From NCBI GenBank assembly GCA_964452165.1, contig CAYVKP010000001.1, positions 76,110 through 140,109 of the forward strand: a stretch of 64,000 nucleotides of DNA. The letters are read 5' to 3'. This DNA comes from an uncultured Gammaproteobacteria bacterium (GTDB taxonomy: Bacteria; Patescibacteriota; Microgenomatia; Levybacterales; GWA1-39-11). The position numbers and the translations under genes were made by a program. The notes beneath the pieces are model-generated. The model made no database searches and had not been told where the DNA came from. It worked only from the letters and a program-made list of their open reading frames with translations. Positions 17,183-26,852 of this stretch are shown here, one piece after another; within the stretch, counting starts at the first letter, position 1, and every line of letters starts with the position of its first letter.

Positions 17183-17773
17183 TTAAACTTCTTCTGATGG
17201 GGTTTCTTGTGTTGGAGTTTCTGCTTGCTCTTCGGGTTGCACTTCAGCTTGGACCTTTGAAGGCGCGGCTTTTCTTGTTCTCTTGGGTTTTTCCGCTAAA
17301 ACGGTTGGTTCCTCCGGCGAAAGCTCCAGCTCTTCAACTTTTCTTGACGGGCGAGGTGAGGCTGCTGCTTGTGCCTTCTCGGGTTTTGTTGCGGAAGATT
17401 CAAGTAAGCCGATGATTCTGTCGAGTTTACTGTTTAAGGCAGCGAGTTGTTCGCCGAATTGGGCTTGACCATTACCCCTTGGAGCATCTGACCTTCTGTC
17501 TCCTCTATCTGATCCTCTTCTGTCATCTCTTCCTTCACTTCTCGCAGGACGGTCGCTACCACCTCTTTGTTCTCGGAAACAATCGTTGCAGAAAACCGGC
17601 TTACCACTTGTGGGCTGAAAGGGAACTTCACATTCTTTTCCACAGTTACTACAAACTGCACTATACATTTGGCGAGGTCCGGAGTCTCTTCTGTCAAACC
17701 CTCGTCCGCCTCCACGCGAAGATCTTTGTCCACGATTGTCTCTGTTAAAATCAGCCATGGGTACATTATACAC
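17183..17773 (-). CDS. zinc-ribbon protein with RG/RD-rich low-complexity region and acidic tail
   Basis: CSNCGKECEVPFQPTSGKPVFCNDCF (CxxC-x17-CxxC), arginine/glycine-rich segment, Glu-rich C-terminus. Confidence 0.5.
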   Translation of the reverse strand: MYNVPMADFNRDNRGQRSSRGGGRGFDRRDSGPRQMYSAVCSNCGKECEVPFQPTSGKPVFCNDCFREQRGGSDRPARSEGRDDRRGSDRGDRRSDAPRGNGQAQFGEQLAALNSKLDRIIGLLESSATKPEKAQAAASPRPSRKVEELELSPEEPTVLAEKPKRTRKAAPSKVQAEVQPEEQAETPTQETPSEEV

Positions 17774-17801
17774 TAGACTCGGCCCAAAGACACGAGTAAC
17801 T

Positions 17802-18779
17802 TCAGGAGGGTGAAAAGCTTTGAACTATCTTCTTAGCTTCTTCCTTCTTTTCTTCCGTGATATGGACTAGGACTCCGCCAACATCCGGCAAACCGTAAAA
17901 GACGGTTGAGGAGAGAGGCGCAAGGAGTATTGCGGGGAGAGTAAGTAGGTCCTCCTCGCCTTCAACTTCAATTGCCTGCCTATGTCCTGACAAGGCACCC
18001 TGGACTGCCTGATTTAAACTTTTAACCGCGGCGGAGCTTATCGTCCCGGGGTCATTTCTTACTTTAATATCCGGCTTTGGGAGCTTTTCTAAAATCTGTG
18101 GGGCTGCTGCTTGGCGTTTTGTCTTTAAATCAAAAACCGAAACGCTTTGGGCTATACCATTTTCAATAAGTCTAACCGTTGCCACATCTCCTATTGAAAC
18201 ATTGAATTTTGAATCGACGCCAAATTTATCGCTTGTTATAATTTCTCCCAACGGCTTTCTCAATTCTTCCCGCAAAGAGTCGGGCATATGTAAGTCTTTC
18301 TCGAACAGCCTTAAATAAACCGTTCCCTCACGATCTATTTCCCCATTCCTGATTCTTGTTGATGAAATCGGTCCTCCATCTTCTGCCTTAAGGATGGATA
18401 CCTGTATTGTCTCAAGCTCTGAAAGACCATTTTTTCCACGCGCTTGGTTTACTTCGCCTGCTCCCCCCAGGGTATTCTCGCTTACTATAATTGCTTCAAT
18501 GTCAGGATCAGTATAAGCGGGGCAGCCTGTTTTATCATGGACATGAAAATGTGCTCGCGCAGACCAATCTTTAGATCTTAAGAAATTCTCGACCCCCTGA
18601 GTCCTCGCATCTTGATCCTGAAGTGTATTTTTGCCTCGCTCGCGACAAAATTCATCTGAATTTACTCCTATCAAAACCTCTTCTGAATTTGAAAAAGCCT
18701 CACTAATCAACTTCTCATGACCTTTATGCAAAAAGTCAAATGCGCCACCTAAAATTGCACGTTTGTATTTAAAACTCAT
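17802..18779 (-). CDS. fusion of an archaeal-type phosphopantetheine adenylyltransferase-like cytidylyltransferase with a DUF359 (GTP-dependent dephospho-CoA-kinase-family) domain
   Basis: N-terminus AILGGAFDFLHKGHEKLI (HxGH) ... ISSTRIRNGEID (ISSTxIR). C-terminus GDVATV ... VEGEEDLLTLPAILLAPLSSTVFYGLP is DUF359-like. Confidence 0.55.
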   Translation of the reverse strand: MSFKYKRAILGGAFDFLHKGHEKLISEAFSNSEEVLIGVNSDEFCRERGKNTLQDQDARTQGVENFLRSKDWSARAHFHVHDKTGCPAYTDPDIEAIIVSENTLGGAGEVNQARGKNGLSELETIQVSILKAEDGGPISSTRIRNGEIDREGTVYLRLFEKDLHMPDSLREELRKPLGEIITSDKFGVDSKFNVSIGDVATVRLIENGIAQSVSVFDLKTKRQAAAPQILEKLPKPDIKVRNDPGTISSAAVKSLNQAVQGALSGHRQAIEVEGEEDLLTLPAILLAPLSSTVFYGLPDVGGVLVHITEEKKEEAKKIVQSFSPS

Positions 18780-18815
18780 TTTTGAATTATATCTTGAGGA
18801 CCGAAAGATTGCGAA

Positions 18816-19253
18816 TTATTGAACCACTATTGTCCCTTTTTGGGTTGGGTTGAAGTGGTTGTGGTATCCGTATGTGCCGGGTTTATCAAATGTAAGCTCA
18901 TGGGTCGCGCCGTCCTGGAAGGGCCCAAGATTAAGTGGCGGATAATTTGTGTGAGTGGGATGAGGGTCTGACGATACGGTTGCTGCTGCACCGCTCATAT
19001 TTTTCCACGTTACTTTGGTTCCTGCTTTTATAGTGAGTGTTGCCGGTGAAAATCCATCTTTTGTAAGGGTTACTGTGTTTTCCTCCATCATCATAGCGCC
19101 AGAAGGTGAAGCTGCCGCTGACGGAGCAGGAGTCTCTGTTGGGGTTTGACTTGCGGGAGCCGGTGTCATCGAGCTTTTTTTACCCATCAAATAGTATCCG
19201 CCTACCAAAATTACTACTATTACAACCGCAATCGCAAGCCACTTTGTCATCAC
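18816..19253 (-). CDS. membrane-anchored cupredoxin-like protein
   Basis: N-terminal TM helix; C-terminus TWKNMSGAAATVSSDPHPTH...GTYGYHNHFNPTQKGTIVV cupredoxin fold signature. Confidence 0.65.
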   Translation of the reverse strand: MMTKWLAIAVVIVVILVGGYYLMGKKSSMTPAPASQTPTETPAPSAAASPSGAMMMEENTVTLTKDGFSPATLTIKAGTKVTWKNMSGAAATVSSDPHPTHTNYPPLNLGPFQDGATHELTFDKPGTYGYHNHFNPTQKGTIVVQ

Positions 19254-19317
19254 CTAAATATACAGCAATTAATAAATATGTCAAGAAGAATTTGGATAGT
19301 CTTATGTAAGAGGCGGC

Positions 19318-19767
19318 TTACGGCGTGTACTCCTGATAATCGTTGTCGGGAAAGTTAACCCTATCGAACAAAGCAAATTTACGAGGTTTTATTCTGTAGA
19401 GCTTGTGTGGATTTTTGCCAGCAACAAAATCCCGATACCAATCTTGCCCTCTGCTAAATTTATCGGAATATAATTTGGATCCCTTTTCGATTTCGCTTTG
19501 ATCAGTCACTTCCTCTGCGTCCCCTTCAATGGACAGACCCCTAACTATTAAGTTGTCGAATTTGACTGGAATTGCAGCCGCGACTTTTGAATTATTTTTA
19601 ATTTCCATACTATGCCTTGTTTCGGGTTTGCTGATCCAATAAAGGCTTAAATTTTCGTCCGCTGCAAAATAGACGGTGCAATTCCAGGGCTGGTCAGCTA
19701 CGACTGTTGCAACCTGCATCATTCGTGCGGTTTTTAAGTCTTCCTCAATAATCTTTCGTAAATCCAT
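19318..19767 (-). CDS. pyridoxamine 5'-phosphate oxidase-like FMN-binding split-barrel protein
   Basis: PNPOx/general stress protein 26-like pattern. Confidence 0.65.
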   Translation of the reverse strand: MDLRKIIEEDLKTARMMQVATVVADQPWNCTVYFAADENLSLYWISKPETRHSMEIKNNSKVAAAIPVKFDNLIVRGLSIEGDAEEVTDQSEIEKGSKLYSDKFSRGQDWYRDFVAGKNPHKLYRIKPRKFALFDRVNFPDNDYQEYTP

Positions 19768-19894
19768 AGCGAAATTATAACATTTTTGTTTTTTATGGAA
19801 ACTGAATTGCTTAACGTTTTCTTACATTTCTCACATTGAAACTCCCGAATTGCTTAGCTAAGATTAAGGTAGATTAAGAATTGGAGGTGAGAAT

Positions 19895-20344
19895 ATGGCC
19901 GAATATATTGAAACAAAAACACAGGAGGTTAGTCACCCAACTGTTGTAAAGACGGTAAAACATGTTGAACCTACTCAGGCTGTCCGCACGGAACATCCTC
20001 AGAAAGTGTTTGAAAAAAAGAAGGTAATTTTTAGGACTTATCAAGTTGTGTGGTACGTGCTCGTTGTAATCGAGGTGATTTTGGGCTTTCGCATGACGCT
20101 TAAAGCACTCGGCGCAAATCCTGCCAGCGGCTTCACAAGTTTTGTCTACGGACTTTCCGATCCACTCGCTTTGCCTTTTAGTGGAATTTTGAGAACAAAT
20201 GTCGTACAGGGATCGGTCTTTGAATGGTCAACGTTAATTGCTGCAATAGTTTACTTTCTAATTGCGCTTGGGATTGTCCAATTCATACAGTTAGTAAAAC
20301 CTGTTAGTCCTCATGAAGTTGAGGAAACTGTTGATAACGCCTAA
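19895..20344 (+). CDS. membrane protein, YggT-like (putative)
   Basis: Two TM helices flanking LSDPLALPFSGIL. Confidence 0.4.
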   Translation: MAEYIETKTQEVSHPTVVKTVKHVEPTQAVRTEHPQKVFEKKKVIFRTYQVVWYVLVVIEVILGFRMTLKALGANPASGFTSFVYGLSDPLALPFSGILRTNVVQGSVFEWSTLIAAIVYFLIALGIVQFIQLVKPVSPHEVEETVDNA

Positions 20345-20358
20345 GGAGGTGATTTATT

Positions 20359-20502
20359 TTGACACTTGGAATAGGGAATCTTAATCCTGTTGTTTCAATC
20401 ATTTTTGGAATTTTAATTTTGGTATTTCCAAAGTTTTTAAATTATTTAATTGCGGCATTCTTGATTATTTCAGGACTTTTGGCGCTTGGAATAATTAGAT
20501 AG
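20359..20502 (+). CDS. DUF3096-like small membrane protein (47 aa, TTG start), not in the ORF track
   Basis: AGGAGG RBS 7 nt upstream. Translation LTLGIGNLNPVVSIIFGILILVFPKFLNYLIAAFLIISGLLALGIIR. Confidence 0.4.
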   Translation: MTLGIGNLNPVVSIIFGILILVFPKFLNYLIAAFLIISGLLALGIIR

Positions 20503-20554
20503 TTCTGCACAGAATGCTCAATGAGAGGTGGGGCTTCTGATATAATCTGATTTT

Positions 20555-21352
20555 GTGACAAAGATAATTGAGGTAACAAATCTTACTAAAAAGTTTAAGG
20601 AAGTAAACGCCGTATCCGATATTTCCTTTGACGTCCAAACCGGCGAGATATTTGCATTTTTGGGCCCAAATGGCGCAGGAAAGTCCACGACCATAAAGAT
20701 GCTCACAACCCTTCTTTCTCCAACGTCTGGACAGATGTCGCTCGCAGGAGCTGACCCTGCTAAAAACCAGGAAAAGGCAAGGCGTGCTTTCGGGATAGTT
20801 TTTCAGGATCCAAGCCTCGATGACGACTTGACTGCGCTCGAGAATATGCAGTTTCACGCAATTTTATACAGCGTTGCCGCAGATATTCGCGACAAGAGGA
20901 TTCAGGAACTTATGGAGTTTGTCGAGCTTTGGGATAGACGCAATGACTTGGTAAAAACCTTTTCGGGAGGCATGAAAAGAAGACTTGAGATTGCCAGAGG
21001 ACTTTTGCATCACCCCAAGATTTTGTTTTTGGATGAGCCAACCCTTGGCCTTGACCCTCAGACGAGAAACCATATGTGGAATTACATAAGAAACATAAAT
21101 AAATCAGAAAAAATGACCGTCTTTTTCACTACTCATTATATGGAAGAGGCTGAAAAAATTGCTAAAAGAATTGCGATTATCGACCATGGAAAAATAATCG
21201 CAATGGGAACGCCCACCGAACTCAAGAAAAAAACCGGCACAAAAAGTCTTGAGGAAGCATTCCTTAAATTAACGGGCTCAGCGATTCGTGAAGAAGAAGC
21301 AGGGTCGGCTGACGCAATGCGCAACATGAGAAGAATGTGGAGGGGAAGATAA
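20555..21352 (+). CDS. ABC transporter ATP-binding protein (ABC-2 exporter type)
   Basis: Walker A GPNGAGKST, signature LSGGMKRRLEIA, Walker B ILFLDEPT. Confidence 0.9.
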   Translation: MTKIIEVTNLTKKFKEVNAVSDISFDVQTGEIFAFLGPNGAGKSTTIKMLTTLLSPTSGQMSLAGADPAKNQEKARRAFGIVFQDPSLDDDLTALENMQFHAILYSVAADIRDKRIQELMEFVELWDRRNDLVKTFSGGMKRRLEIARGLLHHPKILFLDEPTLGLDPQTRNHMWNYIRNINKSEKMTVFFTTHYMEEAEKIAKRIAIIDHGKIIAMGTPTELKKKTGTKSLEEAFLKLTGSAIREEEAGSADAMRNMRRMWRGR

Positions 21353-22098
21353 TGGGATCAATCTATATTTTGTGGCTAAGACAAGTTAAAAAATACTTCA
21401 GATCAAGGTCTAGAATTATAGGTTCACTTGGTCAACCGCTTTTATTTCTTCTTGCTTTCGGCTTTGGATTCGGATCAATTTATGCAAGGGCTGGAGCAGG
21501 GAACTATATTCAATTTTTGGGACCCGGAATAATTTTGATGAGTGTTTTATTTACTGCGATTTTCTCGGGAATCGAAGTTATCTGGGATAGACAGTTTGGA
21601 TTTTTAAAAGAAACAATGGTTGCGCCAGTTCCGAGAATTAAGATTATGTTAGGCAGAACTCTTGGAGGAGCTACTGTTGCGTCGATTCAGGGTCTAATTG
21701 TTTTTATCTTAACTCTTATTGTAGGTTTTAGACCACATAGTTTGGTTGCGCTGCCGATTGCTGCTGTTTTTGTTTTTTTATCAGCCTTGCTTTTTACATC
21801 TCTTGGAACAGCTCTTGCATCAGTTCTTACAGACATGCAGGGTTTTCAGCTTATCATGAACTTTCTAGTCATGCCTATATTTTTCTTATCGGGCGCGCTT
21901 TTTCCTCTCCAGGGACTTCCCGGGGTTATGGAAGTTGTAACAAAATTTGATCCCTTAAGTTACGGCGTAGATGGACTCCGGGGCGCTCTTATAAACACCT
22001 CGAGCTTTGGAATAGCCACAGATTTTATCGTCCTTGCCATCTTGACTGTAATTTTGCTTGGAATCGGAAGCTATCTTTTTGAAAGAATCCAAATTTAA
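21352..22098 (+). CDS. ABC-2 family transporter permease
   Basis: Six TM helices. Start ATG overlaps the upstream stop (TAATG), preceded by GGAGGGG. Confidence 0.8.
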   Translation: MGSIYILWLRQVKKYFRSRSRIIGSLGQPLLFLLAFGFGFGSIYARAGAGNYIQFLGPGIILMSVLFTAIFSGIEVIWDRQFGFLKETMVAPVPRIKIMLGRTLGGATVASIQGLIVFILTLIVGFRPHSLVALPIAAVFVFLSALLFTSLGTALASVLTDMQGFQLIMNFLVMPIFFLSGALFPLQGLPGVMEVVTKFDPLSYGVDGLRGALINTSSFGIATDFIVLAILTVILLGIGSYLFERIQI

Positions 22099-22823
22099 GC
22101 GATACTTCTTCCGCCGTCGACCGGAAGAACAACTCCCGTCGTAAAATCTGAATCAAGAAGGTACAAAACAGCCTTTACTATTTCTTCTGCTCCTCCCCAT
22201 TTACCAAGTGGAGTTTTAGCAAGAACTTCACGGTTCTCGTCTTCTGTCAAACCAGGCGGCATAAGAATTGGACCCGGTGCGATGGCATTAACTGTAATCT
22301 TAGGAGCAAGTTCGCGGGCAAGAGTTTTTGTAATAGAATCGATAGCGGCTTTGGCTGCGTTATAAACGAGGTAATCGGGAAAGGGGGATCGTAGCACTGA
22401 CCAATCTGAGAAGAAAATTATTTTTCCACCCCTATCTTTCATAGGTAAACCCACTTCTTGACCCAGTAAGATTGCCGAACCGGCAATTGCTGAAAAGATT
22501 GCGGCAATCGCAGTCTCGTTGATTTGGCCAAGAGGAGTTTTGGGGTAGGGGGCAGCCATATGAACAAGGCCATCTATTTTTCCAAACTCATGCGTGACAC
22601 TCTCCACTAAATTCTTGATATCTGATTGCTTTGAAATGTCAGCTTTTATTAGCATGGAACGAACCCCTGTATCTTTAATTTGATTTACCAAGCTTTCCGC
22701 CTCTTCTTTTGAAGAATTGTAGGCGATAGCAAGATTTGCGCCTCGGCGGGCAAGTGCAATCGCAACATCGCGACCAATTCTCTTTGCCCCTGTTATTAAG
22801 ATGGTTTTATTTTTAATATCCAT
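22095..22823 (-). CDS. SDR-family oxidoreductase
   Basis: TGAKRIGRDVA Rossmann; NAAKAA...K catalytic region. Confidence 0.8.
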   Translation of the reverse strand: MDIKNKTILITGAKRIGRDVAIALARRGANLAIAYNSSKEEAESLVNQIKDTGVRSMLIKADISKQSDIKNLVESVTHEFGKIDGLVHMAAPYPKTPLGQINETAIAAIFSAIAGSAILLGQEVGLPMKDRGGKIIFFSDWSVLRSPFPDYLVYNAAKAAIDSITKTLARELAPKITVNAIAPGPILMPPGLTEDENREVLAKTPLGKWGGAEEIVKAVLYLLDSDFTTGVVLPVDGGRSIA

Positions 22824-23354
22824 TTAGGTTTTGACTTCCTCTTTAAATTCTCTGAGTAGCTTTTTAATTTTTGGGTCAATTATAACCTTGCAATATCCGT
22901 AATTTGGATTTTTTGCATAAAAGTCTTGATGATACTCCTCAGCTTTATAAAAGTTTTCAAAAGGCACGATTTTAGTGATTATCGAATTTTTATAAACGTG
23001 CTCGTCTTCTATTTTTTTGCGAACCTTCTCCGCTATTTTTTTCTGATCTTCCGAATGACAGAAAATAATCGAGCGATATTGTGTCCCAACATCATATCCC
23101 TGCTGATTTAGAGTCGTTGGGTCATGAAGGTGAAAGAAAATCTCGACAAGTTTTTCATACGAAATGATTTTTGGGTCAAACTCAACCTGAATTGCCTCGG
23201 CGTGCCCCGTCTCACCCTCTGAAACGGCCTCATAATCAGGCTTATCCATGTCACCCCCCGAGTAACCTGAAACAACCGAAACGACTCCTTTTACTCTTTT
23301 GAATATTGCTTCCGTGCACCAAAAACAGCCGCCTGCAAAAGTTGCTTTCTCCAT
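22824..23354 (-). CDS. msrA: peptide methionine sulfoxide reductase MsrA
   Basis: ATFAGGCFWCTEA active-site motif. Confidence 0.9.
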   Translation of the reverse strand: MEKATFAGGCFWCTEAIFKRVKGVVSVVSGYSGGDMDKPDYEAVSEGETGHAEAIQVEFDPKIISYEKLVEIFFHLHDPTTLNQQGYDVGTQYRSIIFCHSEDQKKIAEKVRKKIEDEHVYKNSIITKIVPFENFYKAEEYHQDFYAKNPNYGYCKVIIDPKIKKLLREFKEEVKT

Positions 23355-23357
23355 AGG

Positions 23358-24047
23358 CTAGTATGTTACTACGTGGACTCTTGCTTGGTCAAGATACGCG
23401 GGTGAAGCAAGTTGTGTACGCATTTGGACTTTATAGACATTAGTTCCGGGATCAAGACTAATCACTGAGAAAAGTACGCCTGAAGCGGTTCCACCAGAAT
23501 ATGAAATTGCAGAATTCCAAACTGGATGACCTGCGGTCACATTAAAAAGCTGAACATCAACCGATTCGTTACCGGTTGGAACCCTGATAGAAACTTCAAA
23601 ATTTGTTTGCTTGATCTTGCCATACGCACTGCCGTCTATGGCAACCTGCATCCCCGGGACATCAAACCAGTCGGTCGATGAAGCATATCCCGTACCAAAC
23701 GGAATAAAATACTCTTTTACAGATGCTTTGTTATCGGTCGGAGCTGGGGCGGCTGAGTTTTGAGATGGAATTGCTGCAGCAACCTCCCTCCTGATCTCTT
23801 CTTTGCAATTCTGACCGCAAGCATCTTCTCCTTTTGTAATAACCGTACTTTGCGGTGAAATCGCAGGGGCCTTTTTTTCTCCCGCGATAAATGGCAGAAA
23901 CGGAATATTTGAAGACCCGATAATAATTTTATAGTTCAGGAATAGAAGGTCTGCGACAAGAATTAAGCACAAGATAAAAGCAAATAATGGAAACTTTGGG
24001 TGCTTATGAACAGAAAGGAGTTTGTTGCGAGTTAGAAATTCGCTCAT
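23358..24047 (-). CDS. hypothetical membrane-anchored exported protein
   Basis: N-terminal TM helix followed by a soluble, probably beta-rich, domain. Confidence 0.5.
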   Translation of the reverse strand: MSEFLTRNKLLSVHKHPKFPLFAFILCLILVADLLFLNYKIIIGSSNIPFLPFIAGEKKAPAISPQSTVITKGEDACGQNCKEEIRREVAAAIPSQNSAAPAPTDNKASVKEYFIPFGTGYASSTDWFDVPGMQVAIDGSAYGKIKQTNFEVSIRVPTGNESVDVQLFNVTAGHPVWNSAISYSGGTASGVLFSVISLDPGTNVYKVQMRTQLASPAYLDQARVHVVTY

Positions 24048-24072
24048 GAATTAAGTATACAAAATCTTGAAA

Positions 24073-25116
24073 CTAAAGAAGAGATGCCTGCTTTGCTGGT
24101 GTTTTTGATCTTATTCCAAGATGCTTATAGGCATCAGGCGTTGCTACCCGTCCTCGGTTTGTTCGCTTAATAAAACCTGTTTGAAGAAGATACGGCTCAA
24201 CTATCTCTTCAATTGTACCAACATCCTCAGCAAGGGACGCCGCAATAGTTTCAACACCCACCGGACCCCCTGCGTGCTTTTCAATTATCGACCGGAGATA
24301 CCTATGATCTAAGTTATCAAGTCCCATTGAATCGACCTCGATTAACCTAAGAGCTTTTTCTGCCAGATCAAACGATATATCTCCTTTACCATGCACTTGA
24401 GCGTAATCTCTTGCTCGTTTCAGGAGGCGAAGCGCAATACGAGGAGTTCCCCTTGCTCTTTTCGCAATTTCCGTGATGGCCTTCTCATCAATCTTAACTT
24501 TGAGTTTTTTGGCAGCTTTTTCAATTATCTTTTCCAGATCAACCGGGTCGTAAAAAATCATTCGATGAACAACTCCGAAGCGATCCCTCAGGGGACCGGA
24601 GAGCATTCCGGCTCTGGTTGTTGCGCCGACTATTGTAAACCTAGGCAAATCAAGGCGAACAGTGCGCGCCGAAGGGCCTTTTCCAATAACGATATCTAAA
24701 GCAAAATCCTCCATGGCAGGATAGAGTGTTTCCTCAACCACTTTGTTTAATCTGTGAATTTCATCAACGAACAAGACGTCTCCGGGTTCAAGATTGGTTA
24801 GAATTGAAGCAAGATCTCCTGCGCGCTCGATTGCGGGACCTGATGTAATACGAATATTGGCTCCCATTTCTTTAGCAATTAAGTGTGAAAGAGTGGTTTT
24901 GCCAAGTCCCGGAGGTCCGTAAAGAAGGACGTGCTCAAGAGGCTCTTTTCTTTTCTTTGCAGCAGATATTCCAATTTGAATTGATTTTTTAACCTGATCC
25001 TGTCCTACAAAATCAGCCCAGTCTGAGACACGAAGCGAGGTGAATACAGCTTCCTCTTCAGGTGTTGTGTTTTCGTCAATAATCGAACCTTTTATTTTTT
25101 TCTTGTCGTCTTTCAT
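24073..25116 (-). CDS. ruvB: Holliday junction branch migration ATPase RuvB
   Basis: [28 protein letters not shown], and a winged-helix C-terminus. Confidence 0.95.
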   Translation of the reverse strand: MKDDKKKIKGSIIDENTTPEEEAVFTSLRVSDWADFVGQDQVKKSIQIGISAAKKRKEPLEHVLLYGPPGLGKTTLSHLIAKEMGANIRITSGPAIERAGDLASILTNLEPGDVLFVDEIHRLNKVVEETLYPAMEDFALDIVIGKGPSARTVRLDLPRFTIVGATTRAGMLSGPLRDRFGVVHRMIFYDPVDLEKIIEKAAKKLKVKIDEKAITEIAKRARGTPRIALRLLKRARDYAQVHGKGDISFDLAEKALRLIEVDSMGLDNLDHRYLRSIIEKHAGGPVGVETIAASLAEDVGTIEEIVEPYLLQTGFIKRTNRGRVATPDAYKHLGIRSKTPAKQASLL

Positions 25117-25682
25117 CTGCCTAGGTTTTTAAGCGCTGCTTTTATTTGATTTTCGATTGAAAGGGAACCGTCAATGTTGCGAACCGCTTCATTAATCTCC
25201 GACGCTGTAAATCCGAAGGTCTTAAGAGCGATCGACACTTCACTGCGCGAAGAAATCGAACCATTCGTGAGGTCAATTTCTCCGCCACCTATCTTATTTT
25301 TCAGTTCAATTATTATCTTTTGAGCGTTCTTTGATCCGAGCCTTGGAACAGAAGTGAAAAAGGCTACGTTTCCTTCAAAAATAGCCTGCTTTATCTGATC
25401 TGATGACCCAATTGAAAAAATTCCAATGGCTGTCTTTGGGCCCACACCCGAAACATTAATTAAAGACTCGAATAATTTTAAATCCGAATATTTTAAGAAT
25501 CCATAAAGCTCAAGGATATCTTCGCGGACGTGAGTATAGGTGAAAACCTTCACCTTCGAATCTTGAGGAATAGAAGAGAGAACATCTTGGCTTGCGTGAA
25601 CTTTATAGCCAACACCTGCAACATCAACTATTAGAAATGGGTCATCTCTTATAACTACAGCGCCGTTTAATGAGCCTATCAT
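25113..25682 (-). CDS. ruvA: Holliday junction DNA helicase subunit RuvA
   Basis: OB-fold N-terminus, HhH segment [12 protein letters not shown]. Confidence 0.85.
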   Translation of the reverse strand: MIGSLNGAVVIRDDPFLIVDVAGVGYKVHASQDVLSSIPQDSKVKVFTYTHVREDILELYGFLKYSDLKLFESLINVSGVGPKTAIGIFSIGSSDQIKQAIFEGNVAFFTSVPRLGSKNAQKIIIELKNKIGGGEIDLTNGSISSRSEVSIALKTFGFTASEINEAVRNIDGSLSIENQIKAALKNLGR

Positions 25683-25714
25683 TTGCCACTCGATTATATC
25701 ATAGGGTCTTCAGT

Positions 25715-26188
25715 CTAAATTTTTCTTGAGAACCCACAAGCCAGGGCGCAGGCGAGAGCATCACATGTGTCATCCGGCTTTGGAACTTCGGGCAAACCTA
25801 AAAGTATTTTTACCATCTTGCCAACTTGATTTTTTTCAGCGCTTCCGGAGCCTGTTACTGCTACTTTTACTTGAGGTGGAGTATATGAGTAAATTTTCAA
25901 ACCCATTTCCGCTGCCGTCTCGATTACAACTCCCCTTGCTTGCCCAACTATCATTGCTGTTTTAGCGTTTGTATTAAAAAATAATTCCTCGATTCCAAGC
26001 TGCTGAGGCTTATGATCTTTAATAAGTTTTAGAATATGTTTTCTGATCTCAATTAATCTGTCCGGAAGCTCCATTGAAGAAGGAGTCTCAAGACAACCAT
26101 AGTCAATAGCACGACTTTTTGATCCCTGAATTTCAATTACTCCCCAGCCTGTTCTCCCAATCCCGGGATCTATGCCCAAAACAATCAT
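25715..26188 (-). CDS. ruvC: crossover junction endodeoxyribonuclease RuvC
   Basis: MIVLGIDPGIGRTGWGV and catalytic acidic residues. Confidence 0.9.
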   Translation of the reverse strand: MIVLGIDPGIGRTGWGVIEIQGSKSRAIDYGCLETPSSMELPDRLIEIRKHILKLIKDHKPQQLGIEELFFNTNAKTAMIVGQARGVVIETAAEMGLKIYSYTPPQVKVAVTGSGSAEKNQVGKMVKILLGLPEVPKPDDTCDALACALACGFSRKI

Positions 26189-26787
26189 GAAGCTATTAGA
26201 TCTGAAAGAAGATGTATTGTGCGAATCTCAGGGTCGTCATCTTCCGTTCTTCTATTGATCCAAACCGATTCTACAAAGGGGGCAATTTTTTGAGCAACCT
26301 CATGATTGTCATCGACTACCATCGCGTCCCGTGGTAAAAGCGCAATCGATTCATCTGATAGTTTTCTTGTGTGGACAAAGATGTGCTCTCCTTTGAAATA
26401 TTTCATTATTCCGCATGCATCAAGCTTCCTATTTTGTAGCTCTTCGTTACCCTGGGAGAAAATTCCTAAGGTTTTTGTGCTGGAAAGTTTTTTTAATGTA
26501 TCAACTATCTCAGGGTACAAACATTTTTTATAGATTTGGTTATCGCCGAAGAAAACCCTATCAAGACTTGCAGGATCAGCCTTAAATCTATCTGCCATAT
26601 GAGAGACCATACCCCGTGGAGAAAAGTCACTCCCGAGCTCTAGAGCCGCATAATAATCGGCGTTAGCACGGATTAACTCTTCTTCAACAACTCCCAGAAT
26701 ATTTATAAATCCTGCCCGAATGAGCTCCCCAAACAACTCGGGATCAAATAATGTTCCGTCTATATCAAGCAAGATAAGATCTGACAC
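26185..26787 (-). CDS. HAD-superfamily hydrolase
   Basis: LLDIDGTLFD motif I and a VVDDN-type motif IV. Confidence 0.75.
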   Translation of the reverse strand: MSDLILLDIDGTLFDPELFGELIRAGFINILGVVEEELIRANADYYAALELGSDFSPRGMVSHMADRFKADPASLDRVFFGDNQIYKKCLYPEIVDTLKKLSSTKTLGIFSQGNEELQNRKLDACGIMKYFKGEHIFVHTRKLSDESIALLPRDAMVVDDNHEVAQKIAPFVESVWINRRTEDDDPEIRTIHLLSDLIAS

Positions 26788-26852
26788 TACCCAAATTATA
26801 CATCAAGCAAGCAATTCGCGAAATTAGGCCTATATTTGTTATAATTGGGCCT

